Shown here: positions 46,224 through 54,293 of the stretch, one piece after another
Layout: each line of letters begins with the position of its first letter
Numbering within the stretch: the stretch's first letter is position 1
Source: an uncultured virus (IMG/VR IMGVR_UViG_3300033067_001144)
Lineage: Duplodnaviria > Heunggongvirae > Uroviricota > Caudoviricetes
Virus record (IMG/VR): IMGVR_UViG_3300033067_001144
Length of the DNA: 64,000 nucleotides
Strand: one strand, 5' to 3'
Notes under the pieces: generated by a model
What the model was told of the DNA's origin: nothing
The model's database searches: none
Seen by the model: only the letters and a program-made list of their open reading frames with translations
Made by a program: the position numbers and the translations under genes

Positions 46224-47615
46224 ATGAGCCACTTCGTTCGCTGCTTTGAAGCCCTGGAAGCCCTGGAGACGACTCCGGGCCGCAACGACAAACTCGCGCT
46301 GTTGAAAGGCGAGAAGAAGAACCCCGTCCTCAAGACGCTCATCAATTGGGCCTACAACGGGGACAACTATCACACGTACCCGGACGCTCTGCCGAAGAGC
46401 ACGAAGATCGGGATTCCTTCGCAGCTCGCAGACGTGGGCTACAAGGACACCTTTGCAGCCTTCGAGAAACTGTTGCGTTCGCTCCGCGAGCGCGCAGTGA
46501 CGGGCAACGCGGCGCAGACTGCGGTCCGGGATTTCTTTTTCAAGCTGAACTCCCTCCTCTACAAATGGTTCCATCGCGTCATGCATCACGATCTGCGGAT
46601 CGGGTGCAACGTCTCGCTGTTCAACCAAGTGTGGGAAGGAGACGAGCTCTGGCCCGACCGCGTGGTGGGTGACGAGGCGGACGAGTTCCGCTACCCCGGC
46701 TGCCAGAACAGCTTGGAGTACGTGGAGTGGCCGGGGTGGGGCTACGGATTCGTCGAGCCCAAGTTCGACGGCTACCGACTCAGCGCGCTGGTCAGCGCAC
46801 GCAAGGTCGTGTTCTTCTCCCGGCAAGGCCACCACGAGCCCTACACGACCAATCTTCGCGTCATTGCCGAGAGGCTTCTCGACCTGGGCTTCAAGAACTG
46901 CATGGTCGATGGGGAGATCCTGTGGGGAGACTCGTGGTGCAAGACGGGCGGGATCAAACGCAAGAACCCGAGCCCCGAGCAGCAGGCGGAGATCGACGCG
47001 AACGCGATCTTCCACGTGTTCGATTGGGTGCCGATGGACGTAACGACGGGGGAGCTGCTCAAGCCAGAACTCACCCTCGAAACGCGACGTGCCGAGCTGT
47101 TCAAGCGCATCGGCAACGCACGAACCGAATGCGTCCGCACGACGAAGCTCTGGAAGGTCTGGGGACCCAAGGGTCTCGAAGAAGCCACGCGCAGGGCCCG
47201 TGCGATGGGGGCTGAGGGCTCGATGCTGAAAGACCCCAACTCCCCCTACGAGATTCAGACGGGCTCTCGTAGGGCCCCTTCGTGGTTCAAGGTCAAGCCT
47301 GTCCGCGACGTCACCTACAAGGTCGTCGATTTTCTCGAAGGCACGGGCCGCAACGAGGGTCGTCTAGGCTCGTTCATCTGCGAGAACGAGAAGGGAGATC
47401 GCGTGCGCGTCGCGGGCATCACGGACGCGGAGCGCGAGAAGTATTGGGCCATGCGGAAGAAGCTCGTGGGCTTCTACCTCGACGCGAAGGAGCAGGACCA
47501 AGACGGGGTGGCGGTGAGCAGGCACCCGCAGTTCCTCCGCTGGAGAGACGACCGCAACCCGCGCGTGATCCCGCGCTACGGCAAGCCCGAGAAGTCCAAA
47601 GCGAAGACGAAGTAG
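46224..47615 (+). CDS. lig: ATP-dependent DNA ligase
   Basis: Motif I EPKFDGYR, VDGEI, FHVFD, EGSMLK, WFKVK; OB domain EGTGRNEGRLG...RHPQFLRWRDD. Confidence 0.93.
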   Translation: MSHFVRCFEALEALETTPGRNDKLALLKGEKKNPVLKTLINWAYNGDNYHTYPDALPKSTKIGIPSQLADVGYKDTFAAFEKLLRSLRERAVTGNAAQTAVRDFFFKLNSLLYKWFHRVMHHDLRIGCNVSLFNQVWEGDELWPDRVVGDEADEFRYPGCQNSLEYVEWPGWGYGFVEPKFDGYRLSALVSARKVVFFSRQGHHEPYTTNLRVIAERLLDLGFKNCMVDGEILWGDSWCKTGGIKRKNPSPEQQAEIDANAIFHVFDWVPMDVTTGELLKPELTLETRRAELFKRIGNARTECVRTTKLWKVWGPKGLEEATRRARAMGAEGSMLKDPNSPYEIQTGSRRAPSWFKVKPVRDVTYKVVDFLEGTGRNEGRLGSFICENEKGDRVRVAGITDAEREKYWAMRKKLVGFYLDAKEQDQDGVAVSRHPQFLRWRDDRNPRVIPRYGKPEKSKAKTK

Positions 47616-47636
47616 TAGACCGGAACCTATCCGACC

Positions 47637-48011
47637 ATGAACACTCCCCTCGACGAAGTTCCGCGCACCCGAGTCCTAACGCTCGGTTACTACGACGGCC
47701 CCCTGTCGTACGTCGTAGAGTTGGAAGGCGGAAGGTACGCGCTGGTGCTCACCGAGCACGCGCTTGGATGGACGAATGGCATCAAGGAGCCCTTTCACAG
47801 CACGCAGCTCTGGATCGAGGTTGCTCCAGAGCACATTGGGAACGGGGCCAATCCTACGTTCCAGGCAATCCTCGAACGCAGCCCGCGCGTTCACTCGGTG
47901 ACGCACAAACGGGAGGGTCTCGCTCCCCGCACGGTGGAGTCCCGTCAAGAGTTCACGCTGGGAGTCCCAAGCTGTCGGACCTTGATCTCACCGATGACGA
48001 GGAGGACTTGA
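47637..48011 (+). CDS. Hypothetical protein
   Basis: GACCATG start; YYDGPLS motif. Confidence 0.65.
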   Translation: MNTPLDEVPRTRVLTLGYYDGPLSYVVELEGGRYALVLTEHALGWTNGIKEPFHSTQLWIEVAPEHIGNGANPTFQAILERSPRVHSVTHKREGLAPRTVESRQEFTLGVPSCRTLISPMTRRT

Positions 48012-48976
48012 CCGGTAGTGTTCTCGTTACCGTCGTACCGCCGCTAACTGACACCCCCAACCGGAATGGTGACGTGTTTCCTTCTCAGAGCCTCGTCGTA
48101 GTCGACGGCGAATCCCTTCTCACGTCGCTGCCAACTCCTCGTCCCTCTCGTTGGGAGGAGACGCAGCGACTTTTTCGGGAGATGCGTGAGGCAGCGACTG
48201 CTAGTGGCCGGCGATCGGTTGCTGCACGTCAACCACCGTCTGACGAGATCGTGCTAGATACCCTCCTCGGTGGGGGCTTCCCTGTTGGTGAGCTGCAGCT
48301 ACCTCCGCGGGCCTCCCTAGGCTCTGGTGAGTCCATGCTGGCCATCACTCCCTACCTACTGAGGCGTCAACCCGATTTTCTGGCTGTCGGTGAGCCTACG
48401 GTCGTTGACTACGACTCGGACGAGGCTAAGCTCGATCGTTGGCTATCCCGCAACCGTTGGTCATCTCCGTTGCCCATGTTCGTCCTGGGCAGGTGGATGA
48501 CCGGAGGGTCGTTGCAAGCCTACGCCCTCGATCGAGGAATGCGGCACGTTGTCGTGGACGACTGGTCCTTGAATCTCCTCGACGTGGTGCGAAGACTCAT
48601 CCCTCGTCTTCCGTATGACACCGAAGGTGAAGTGAGGGTGGTCGGTACTGTGACGGGTCGTTTGGCTTCGTCGAGAGCCACGATTCGTACACGCTGGACT
48701 CTTGAGCCCTCAACCTCCGTTCGTTACTACTACGATGAAGCGGCTAGATTTAGCCCGCGCATCACGCGAGACGCGGAAGCCATCCTACGCACCGTGATTC
48801 CCGGCTTCTCCCGCTTCGAGGATCGTCCCACCGAGGCACAGCGAGTACCCTACCTGAGCCTCGTCGCGTCGCAGCCTTGGACGTACAAGGCCCCTGCTCG
48901 CGAGCCCTTCTCTTCGGCCGACGCCTGGATCGGCCCCCGCACGACCCCGATTCCTTCCTCATCCCCGAGACTGTAA
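48008..48976 (+). CDS. 322-aa motif-patchwork protein (see findings)
   Basis: GGAGGA then TTG start overlapping the previous stop; carries short motifs resembling several unrelated phage core proteins. Confidence 0.7.
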   Translation: MTGSVLVTVVPPLTDTPNRNGDVFPSQSLVVVDGESLLTSLPTPRPSRWEETQRLFREMREAATASGRRSVAARQPPSDEIVLDTLLGGGFPVGELQLPPRASLGSGESMLAITPYLLRRQPDFLAVGEPTVVDYDSDEAKLDRWLSRNRWSSPLPMFVLGRWMTGGSLQAYALDRGMRHVVVDDWSLNLLDVVRRLIPRLPYDTEGEVRVVGTVTGRLASSRATIRTRWTLEPSTSVRYYYDEAARFSPRITRDAEAILRTVIPGFSRFEDRPTEAQRVPYLSLVASQPWTYKAPAREPFSSADAWIGPRTTPIPSSSPRL

Positions 48977-48989
48977 AAGCGAGGAAACG

Positions 48990-49214
48990 ATGATGCAATC
49001 GATGTACCCGAACCCGACATGGGTCTTCAGCGATCACTACCGTGAGTGGCACTTGTGCCACGGCAACGCATCCATTGGCTACGTGAAACGGGCCCCTGAC
49101 GGCGTTCACTGGCTGGCCTACACGTGGTCGCAGGACTACCGTCGTGAGTTGGTCTACCACGGCTGCGCGGGAGAGTTGCAAGCCGCGCAACGCATCGTCT
49201 CCCGTCACGTCTGA
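48990..49214 (+). CDS. Small hypothetical protein
   Basis: GAGGA RBS. Confidence 0.65.
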   Translation: MMQSMYPNPTWVFSDHYREWHLCHGNASIGYVKRAPDGVHWLAYTWSQDYRRELVYHGCAGELQAAQRIVSRHV

Positions 49215-49244
49215 TCGACCCCCGAACCCGAGAGGAGCCCGACC

Positions 49245-50300
49245 ATGATCCGTACGACCATCTTGACCGTCTCGTTCACGGAAGCCTTCGTGCGAGAGAA
49301 GTTCTCCGCGAGTGACGAAGAACCCGAGACACGCACGAACCAGCAAGAGGAAATCGTCCGCGCGTTCCACTCATTACTTCCCATGCACGACGGCACCGTC
49401 GAGATCAACAGCCTCTCGCTGTTTCCTATCTCCGCCTCCCTGGCTGTTCGTCACGACGAGCCCTCGACGGAGATACTCGAAGCAAAGTACAGAGAGTTGC
49501 TGAAGAGCTTGCCGGTTCGTTCGGTCGCAGCATCTTCGCAAGACACCTTTCATGAGGTACCCTCGAAGCACGCGTACATCGTGGACGCCAACGCACGTCG
49601 GCATCTTACGGCTTCTCTCTCGACGCACACCACGCTGTGGCTGGAGCCTTCGGCCTCGACTCCGACGTGCACGTGCACGTACACGTACACGGCTTGGGTG
49701 TTGGACGTCGAATGGAGCACGAACCTGACGATCGACCGATTGGAACGTGCTCGTTACGCCCCAGATTTCAGTGGAGGCCGATTCCCGAAGCAGAGCGCAG
49801 CACTGTGGAGACGCTCGCTACGCGAACACGCAAGCGCAGAGTCTGCATGTCGTACCGCACTTCGCACGATGCGCGGGTCTCTCGACACGGAAGAGCTTCG
49901 TTGGGCCGTGGAGAGCTCGATGGGGGTTGCGACCCCCAATCACCTGTTCGCGAAGGCGGTCGACAAATTCGAGCACTACAGCCTAGGCCTCGTCGCACGC
50001 GAGATTCGCGTGTGGGTGGGTCCTTCCTGCGTGCTACCGCACGAAGTCCTTACGTCGGAAGGAGAGTCCGTTTTCAATCCATCGGCTCAACCCAACCTCA
50101 AAGCAGACCTTCCAAAGGGGTACACGCTCGTTGTCGCTCACACCCCCGTGAACTACGGCGCTCATCGGTACGTGTGGCTTTACCTCCTGTGGGACGAGTA
50201 CGGTGATGAATGCGCTTGCGCGCGACTCCCGCACAGTCCTTCTCCTGACCTTCACTTGATCCGAATCCGGTCGGACCTGTTTCAGGGGAAACGTCCCTAG
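49245..50300 (+). CDS. Hypothetical protein, paralog pair B
   Basis: Shares LTA.LS..TTLW, SS.G.ATP..LF.KA, W.Y.LWD, P.PDL.L.R.R.DLFQG with 50313. Confidence 0.75.
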   Translation: MIRTTILTVSFTEAFVREKFSASDEEPETRTNQQEEIVRAFHSLLPMHDGTVEINSLSLFPISASLAVRHDEPSTEILEAKYRELLKSLPVRSVAASSQDTFHEVPSKHAYIVDANARRHLTASLSTHTTLWLEPSASTPTCTCTYTYTAWVLDVEWSTNLTIDRLERARYAPDFSGGRFPKQSAALWRRSLREHASAESACRTALRTMRGSLDTEELRWAVESSMGVATPNHLFAKAVDKFEHYSLGLVAREIRVWVGPSCVLPHEVLTSEGESVFNPSAQPNLKADLPKGYTLVVAHTPVNYGAHRYVWLYLLWDEYGDECACARLPHSPSPDLHLIRIRSDLFQGKRP

Positions 50301-50312
50301 TAGGAGCGCCCA

Positions 50313-51569
50313 ATGCCCGCACAGCGGTCCGCGTTCTACCCGTCCAGCGTCGAGGAGACGTGGGGGCCTTCGTGGGCAGAGTCCTCCCTCCATGAAGAGT
50401 TCCTGCGTAGGTTCGATCCAGACGACAATCACCCTCTTCTCGTCACCGCCTCACTCACCGACAAAGAGTTCCGCAAGCGAGCCCGAGGCATGCGATGGGG
50501 CCGTACTCCCTACGACTTCCCGATCCAGAAAGGCAAACCTCCGGTGCCTGACCTCTACGTACACCCGCTGCGTACCGTCTTGCTGACGGTCAACTTGACG
50601 CAGAAACTCATCGACACGTACTACGACGACCTCGGAGACGATCGCGCAGCCCAAGACGCGACACAGGCTCTCATCTTGCAGACGATACGGAAGGCCCTCC
50701 AAGACGTTGGCGGAGAGATTGAGAACGCGGAGCTGTTCCCTCACTCGTTGGTGATCGCGGCACGCTCGGAAGGTTTGCGAAAGGAGACTGTTGCAGAGAC
50801 ATACATCAATCGGCTTCACACCCTCCCGTTCTTCCATTCCCTGTATGCGGGATTGCCCGAGAGCTACCACGAAGTTCCGCGCACGCACGAAGATCGCACC
50901 GATACGCAGGGGCGGTTGTCGCTGACAGCTCCGCTCTCCCCGCAAACCACGCTGTGGGTGATCGGTACCCCCGACTCTTCGGGTGCCTTCTCCTACGCGG
51001 CTCGGGCACTTCCGTTGATCTGGGAGCCTGACCTCTCGGAGTCCACCCTGCAGCAGTTCACGGGATCTGCAGCACCGTTGTGGGAATCCGAGCTTGGAAT
51101 CTTCTCGACGTCGCACGCGGCCTATCGATGCGCCCTTCGACGACTCAAGGAATCCTACGGAGACCCGGAGCTGATTCTCGCTGCACAGAGCTCGACAGGC
51201 CAAGCCACTCCCCGCGGTCTGTTCGACAAGGCGACCAGCTCGTTCCGGCAGCTTCCGTGGGTGCCGCGCAAGATGGCTGTGTGGGTCAGCCGCTCTCTCG
51301 TGGTTCCGCGAGAGATTCTGACGTGTGACGGAGACCCCTTGTTTCGCATTGCATGCAAGGACTACCCCGAGCTGTGGGAGAAGAACATTCACAGCTTCGT
51401 GTTGCTCGTCGTCCGTTACCACGGAAGCAGCAACTACAACGGCCACGCGTGGAAATACATCCTTTGGGATGATCAGGGCATCGAACGAGCTTCGGTCCAA
51501 TCCCTGCGTAGCCCCACCCCCGATCTTCCCCTCGAACGCCTCCGACCTGACCTTTTCCAAGGAGCCTGA
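50313..51569 (+). CDS. Hypothetical protein, paralog pair B
   Basis: Shares the motifs listed for 49245. Confidence 0.75.
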   Translation: MPAQRSAFYPSSVEETWGPSWAESSLHEEFLRRFDPDDNHPLLVTASLTDKEFRKRARGMRWGRTPYDFPIQKGKPPVPDLYVHPLRTVLLTVNLTQKLIDTYYDDLGDDRAAQDATQALILQTIRKALQDVGGEIENAELFPHSLVIAARSEGLRKETVAETYINRLHTLPFFHSLYAGLPESYHEVPRTHEDRTDTQGRLSLTAPLSPQTTLWVIGTPDSSGAFSYAARALPLIWEPDLSESTLQQFTGSAAPLWESELGIFSTSHAAYRCALRRLKESYGDPELILAAQSSTGQATPRGLFDKATSSFRQLPWVPRKMAVWVSRSLVVPREILTCDGDPLFRIACKDYPELWEKNIHSFVLLVVRYHGSSNYNGHAWKYILWDDQGIERASVQSLRSPTPDLPLERLRPDLFQGA

Positions 51570-51571
51570 CC

Positions 51572-51898
51572 ATGACCCCGTACCGTTAAGACATCGAAAG
51601 CTTGAACAAGAAGATCGCGAAATTGGAGGCTGAGCTCAAGCAAGCGAAAGCTCGGTCCCGTTACGTTCTGACCCCCTCCGGCCGCGACTTCATCAACATC
51701 GTGGGTCTGACCTATCTCGTGCTCGTGGCCTGCGGGGTCCTCGCCGGTGGAGCTGTATACGGCATGAACAACGTACCCTTCCTGCGCGTCATCATCGGCA
51801 TCGTGCGCTACGCTGGGTTCCTTGGGGTCCCGTGTACGTTGCTGGTTGTTGGCGCTCGTGTGGCCTTCGTGAGCCGTCTAGCCCGAGACGAAGACTAG
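51572..51898 (+). pseudogene. Two-TM membrane protein gene with an in-frame TAA at codon 6 (or a TTG start at 51602)
   Basis: AAGGAG..GACCATG at 51572 gives MTPYR*DIESLNKKIAKLE in one frame. Confidence 0.45.
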
Positions 51899-51900
51899 GC

Positions 51901-51940
51901 CCCAGAAACCCCCAGAAACCCCCAGAAACCCCCAGAAAAC
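51901..51940 (+). repeat. Tandem 10-bp repeat CCCAGAAACC x4
   Basis: Directly visible upstream of P3; the last copy has one change. Confidence 0.9.
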
Positions 51941-51969
51941 AGCCGTTTTGGGCTATTTGCGGGGGTTTC

Positions 51970-52018
51970 TTGACGGGGCCTCAAAACGTGCGGTATTCTT
52001 GGGGAGGGGGTTCCATTG
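51970..52018 (+). promoter_or_regulatory. Sigma70-like early promoter P3
   Basis: TTGACG-18 bp-TATTCT then TGGGGAGGGGGTTCCATTG. Confidence 0.8.
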
Positions 52019-52052
52019 CTCAAAATCCCCCGAACCAGAGAGGAAACGCACC

Positions 52053-52454
52053 ATGACGACCCCGAAGAACACGAAGCGTCCCACTAAGCACATGAACACG
52101 CTCGCTGAGAAGCTCAAGACGCAAGAGGCTCCGATCCCACGCAACGTGCGCACCCCGCACAAGTTCATGGACGACCTCACGACGTGTGTGAATCGAACGA
52201 TCGCTGCATATGCAGTCGAGAGGCGTCTGGCTCGGGACTACGAGCACCTGCTCGCTACACTCGCGGGACTCGAAGCCTTCCGCTCGTATTACGATACCGC
52301 GATGACCTATCCCCGGAAAGGATCGTTGATCGTAGCGTCGTTGCAGAACTTCGTTTCGCACCGAGAGTCGGTGGAGCGAGCGCTTCAGCTCGCGGGTCCG
52401 CGGGAGGAAGGTCTCCGCGCGGACTACTACGAGTTTCTCAGCGGTCGCGGGTAG
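52053..52454 (+). CDS. Hypothetical protein
   Basis: GAGAGGA RBS after P3. Confidence 0.7.
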   Translation: MTTPKNTKRPTKHMNTLAEKLKTQEAPIPRNVRTPHKFMDDLTTCVNRTIAAYAVERRLARDYEHLLATLAGLEAFRSYYDTAMTYPRKGSLIVASLQNFVSHRESVERALQLAGPREEGLRADYYEFLSGRG

Positions 52455-52542
52455 CCCTCACGTCTCTGTCTGTGTCTGCTTTGTGACCCCCGACAATTCC
52501 CGACCCCTACGTAGCTCTACTCGAATCGAAAGGATAGCGACT

Positions 52543-52734
52543 ATGAACACCACGACGAAGCCCGCGTACGACCCGAGCGAAGACATGGACCTGGATTTCC
52601 TGTCCGATCAGGCGGAGCCAAACGCAGCCGAGTGGGGCAAGATGTACGCGTGCGGGGACGAGCTCCCCGCCGAGGACGCGGGGCCGCTTCCGAAGGACGT
52701 GCCCCTGATCCTTCTCGACGACTGCGACGACTGA
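52543..52734 (+). CDS. Small, highly acidic protein
   Basis: AAAGGA RBS; 63 aa, Asp/Glu-rich. Confidence 0.65.
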   Translation: MNTTTKPAYDPSEDMDLDFLSDQAEPNAAEWGKMYACGDELPAEDAGPLPKDVPLILLDDCDD

Positions 52735-52804
52735 CCTCTCTGCGCTCTGCGTTGTGTTTCGTTTGTGGCCACGTTTGTGTGGCTGACCCCGAAAGGAACC
52801 GACC

Positions 52805-54217
52805 ATGGCTGATCTTTCTCCCGAGAAGAACTACTGGCACCGCGTCCACCAGAAGGTGAACGACTACCTGCCCGAGGTCATGACTTATGTGGCCCTCCGC
52901 ACAAAGGTAGAGGCGCTCATCGGTCCCCGTCCCAACACGGATGCTATTCTTTTGGTTCCGTTGACCAACGACGAGGTTGACTTCGACACTCTGAAGTGGA
53001 CCTTGGCATCTAAGGTCAACGAGGCTCGTGGCTCGCACAGGAAGCTTTCGTACGCGTACGTGACTCGTAACGGGGCCCCAGTGACCTCCACAGCCCCTAC
53101 TCAGTCTGCGGAGGAGACGTACGAGGCCCCGGCTCTTCCCCCTCCCCCGGCCATGCCCGTTTCGATTCCGGGGTACACTAGGATCATTCCCCGCGTAGGC
53201 CCGACTCCCGTCGAGGCCCCCGCTCCGATGGGTCCATCCTCTTCGTTCGAGGAGACGGCTCGCGCAGCGGTGAGTGTCATGTCGAGGTACATGCACCCCG
53301 ACCTGCTTCGGATCGAGCAGATGGCGAAGGACTTGCCTGATTTGTTGCTCGAACGGCTCCCGGCACTGATGGAGAATCTGATCGAGATCGAGAAGAGTGT
53401 CGGGCTCGATCTCGTCGAGCAGAAGGTGATGGCCGCTCCGACGGATCATATTCGTCCGACGGCCCCTCGCTTGGCTGCTCGTCGGGCGGCATACGACGCG
53501 GCCCTTGCTCTGTTCTCCGAGCTCGAAGCGATGCGCGACCGTTGGGACGTTCCCGAGACAGAAGCCCCGGCTAAGGCTCCTCGGCCGAAGGTCGTAGTGA
53601 CCAAGGCCCCCTCTCTCCCGGCCGAACCTCCCAAGGCAAAGACGGTTCCTCCTCCCGCACCTGCGGCTGCTGAAACCCCAGCCCCGGCCGAGACTCCTGC
53701 GGTCACGGTAATCGACGAGCCATCCGAAGAGATCGTTACGGGCTACATGGGCCCCGAGACGTCGGCAGACACCTACGTCGTGGAGACGCTTCCTTCTGCA
53801 GCACCCGAGATCGTGAAACCCCTCACGAAGGTGGCCGCAGAGTGCCCGAGGCTGCACGAAGCCTTGAGCAGCGGTCTTCGCATCCTAATCATTGGCGGTG
53901 AGAACAAGGGAGGCTATGCCCTGAATCGCAAGGCTTTCCTTCAGAACACCGGGATCGACGAAGCGAGCATCGACACGTGGTTCATGGACGGAAGCCGTAG
54001 CCGTGTTTTCGGCCGTGACCGATCGAAGTACGTCGGATTCTTCATCCTCGATAAGTGGATCAACCATGCTATCGCGGATTCGGCTCGTGCGGTAGCGAGG
54101 GCTACCCCCAAGCTCCCCTTCGTGTACGTCGGGGATGGCACAGCTTCGAAGCTTTACCGCGGCATGGTTGACTTGGAGACGCAACTGCGCGCAGAGGCCC
54201 TGTTCAACCAGCCGTAA
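52805..54217 (+). CDS. Hypothetical protein, pair C, with Pro/Ala linker and DUF2325-like C-domain
   Basis: LRILIIGGE...FILDKWINHA...LPFVYV; N-terminus VEALIGPRP shared with the next gene. Confidence 0.7.
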   Translation: MADLSPEKNYWHRVHQKVNDYLPEVMTYVALRTKVEALIGPRPNTDAILLVPLTNDEVDFDTLKWTLASKVNEARGSHRKLSYAYVTRNGAPVTSTAPTQSAEETYEAPALPPPPAMPVSIPGYTRIIPRVGPTPVEAPAPMGPSSSFEETARAAVSVMSRYMHPDLLRIEQMAKDLPDLLLERLPALMENLIEIEKSVGLDLVEQKVMAAPTDHIRPTAPRLAARRAAYDAALALFSELEAMRDRWDVPETEAPAKAPRPKVVVTKAPSLPAEPPKAKTVPPPAPAAAETPAPAETPAVTVIDEPSEEIVTGYMGPETSADTYVVETLPSAAPEIVKPLTKVAAECPRLHEALSSGLRILIIGGENKGGYALNRKAFLQNTGIDEASIDTWFMDGSRSRVFGRDRSKYVGFFILDKWINHAIADSARAVARATPKLPFVYVGDGTASKLYRGMVDLETQLRAEALFNQP

Positions 54218-54293
54218 CGCGCTGACGCTTTTCTTTGTCTGTGTTCCGATTGTGACCTGTTGTTCCTCGTAGACCCCGAAAAGGACGTGACCC

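Noticed and set aside
47282..48007. 5' extension of the 564-aa ORF in the track
   Set aside because: It overlaps the ligase and 47637 in other frames; the likely start is TTG 48008 after GGAGGA
48254..48340. Calling 48008 a RecA/RadA or DnaB ATPase
   Set aside because: The Walker A Lys is absent, the motifs are out of order, and no continuous domain is present
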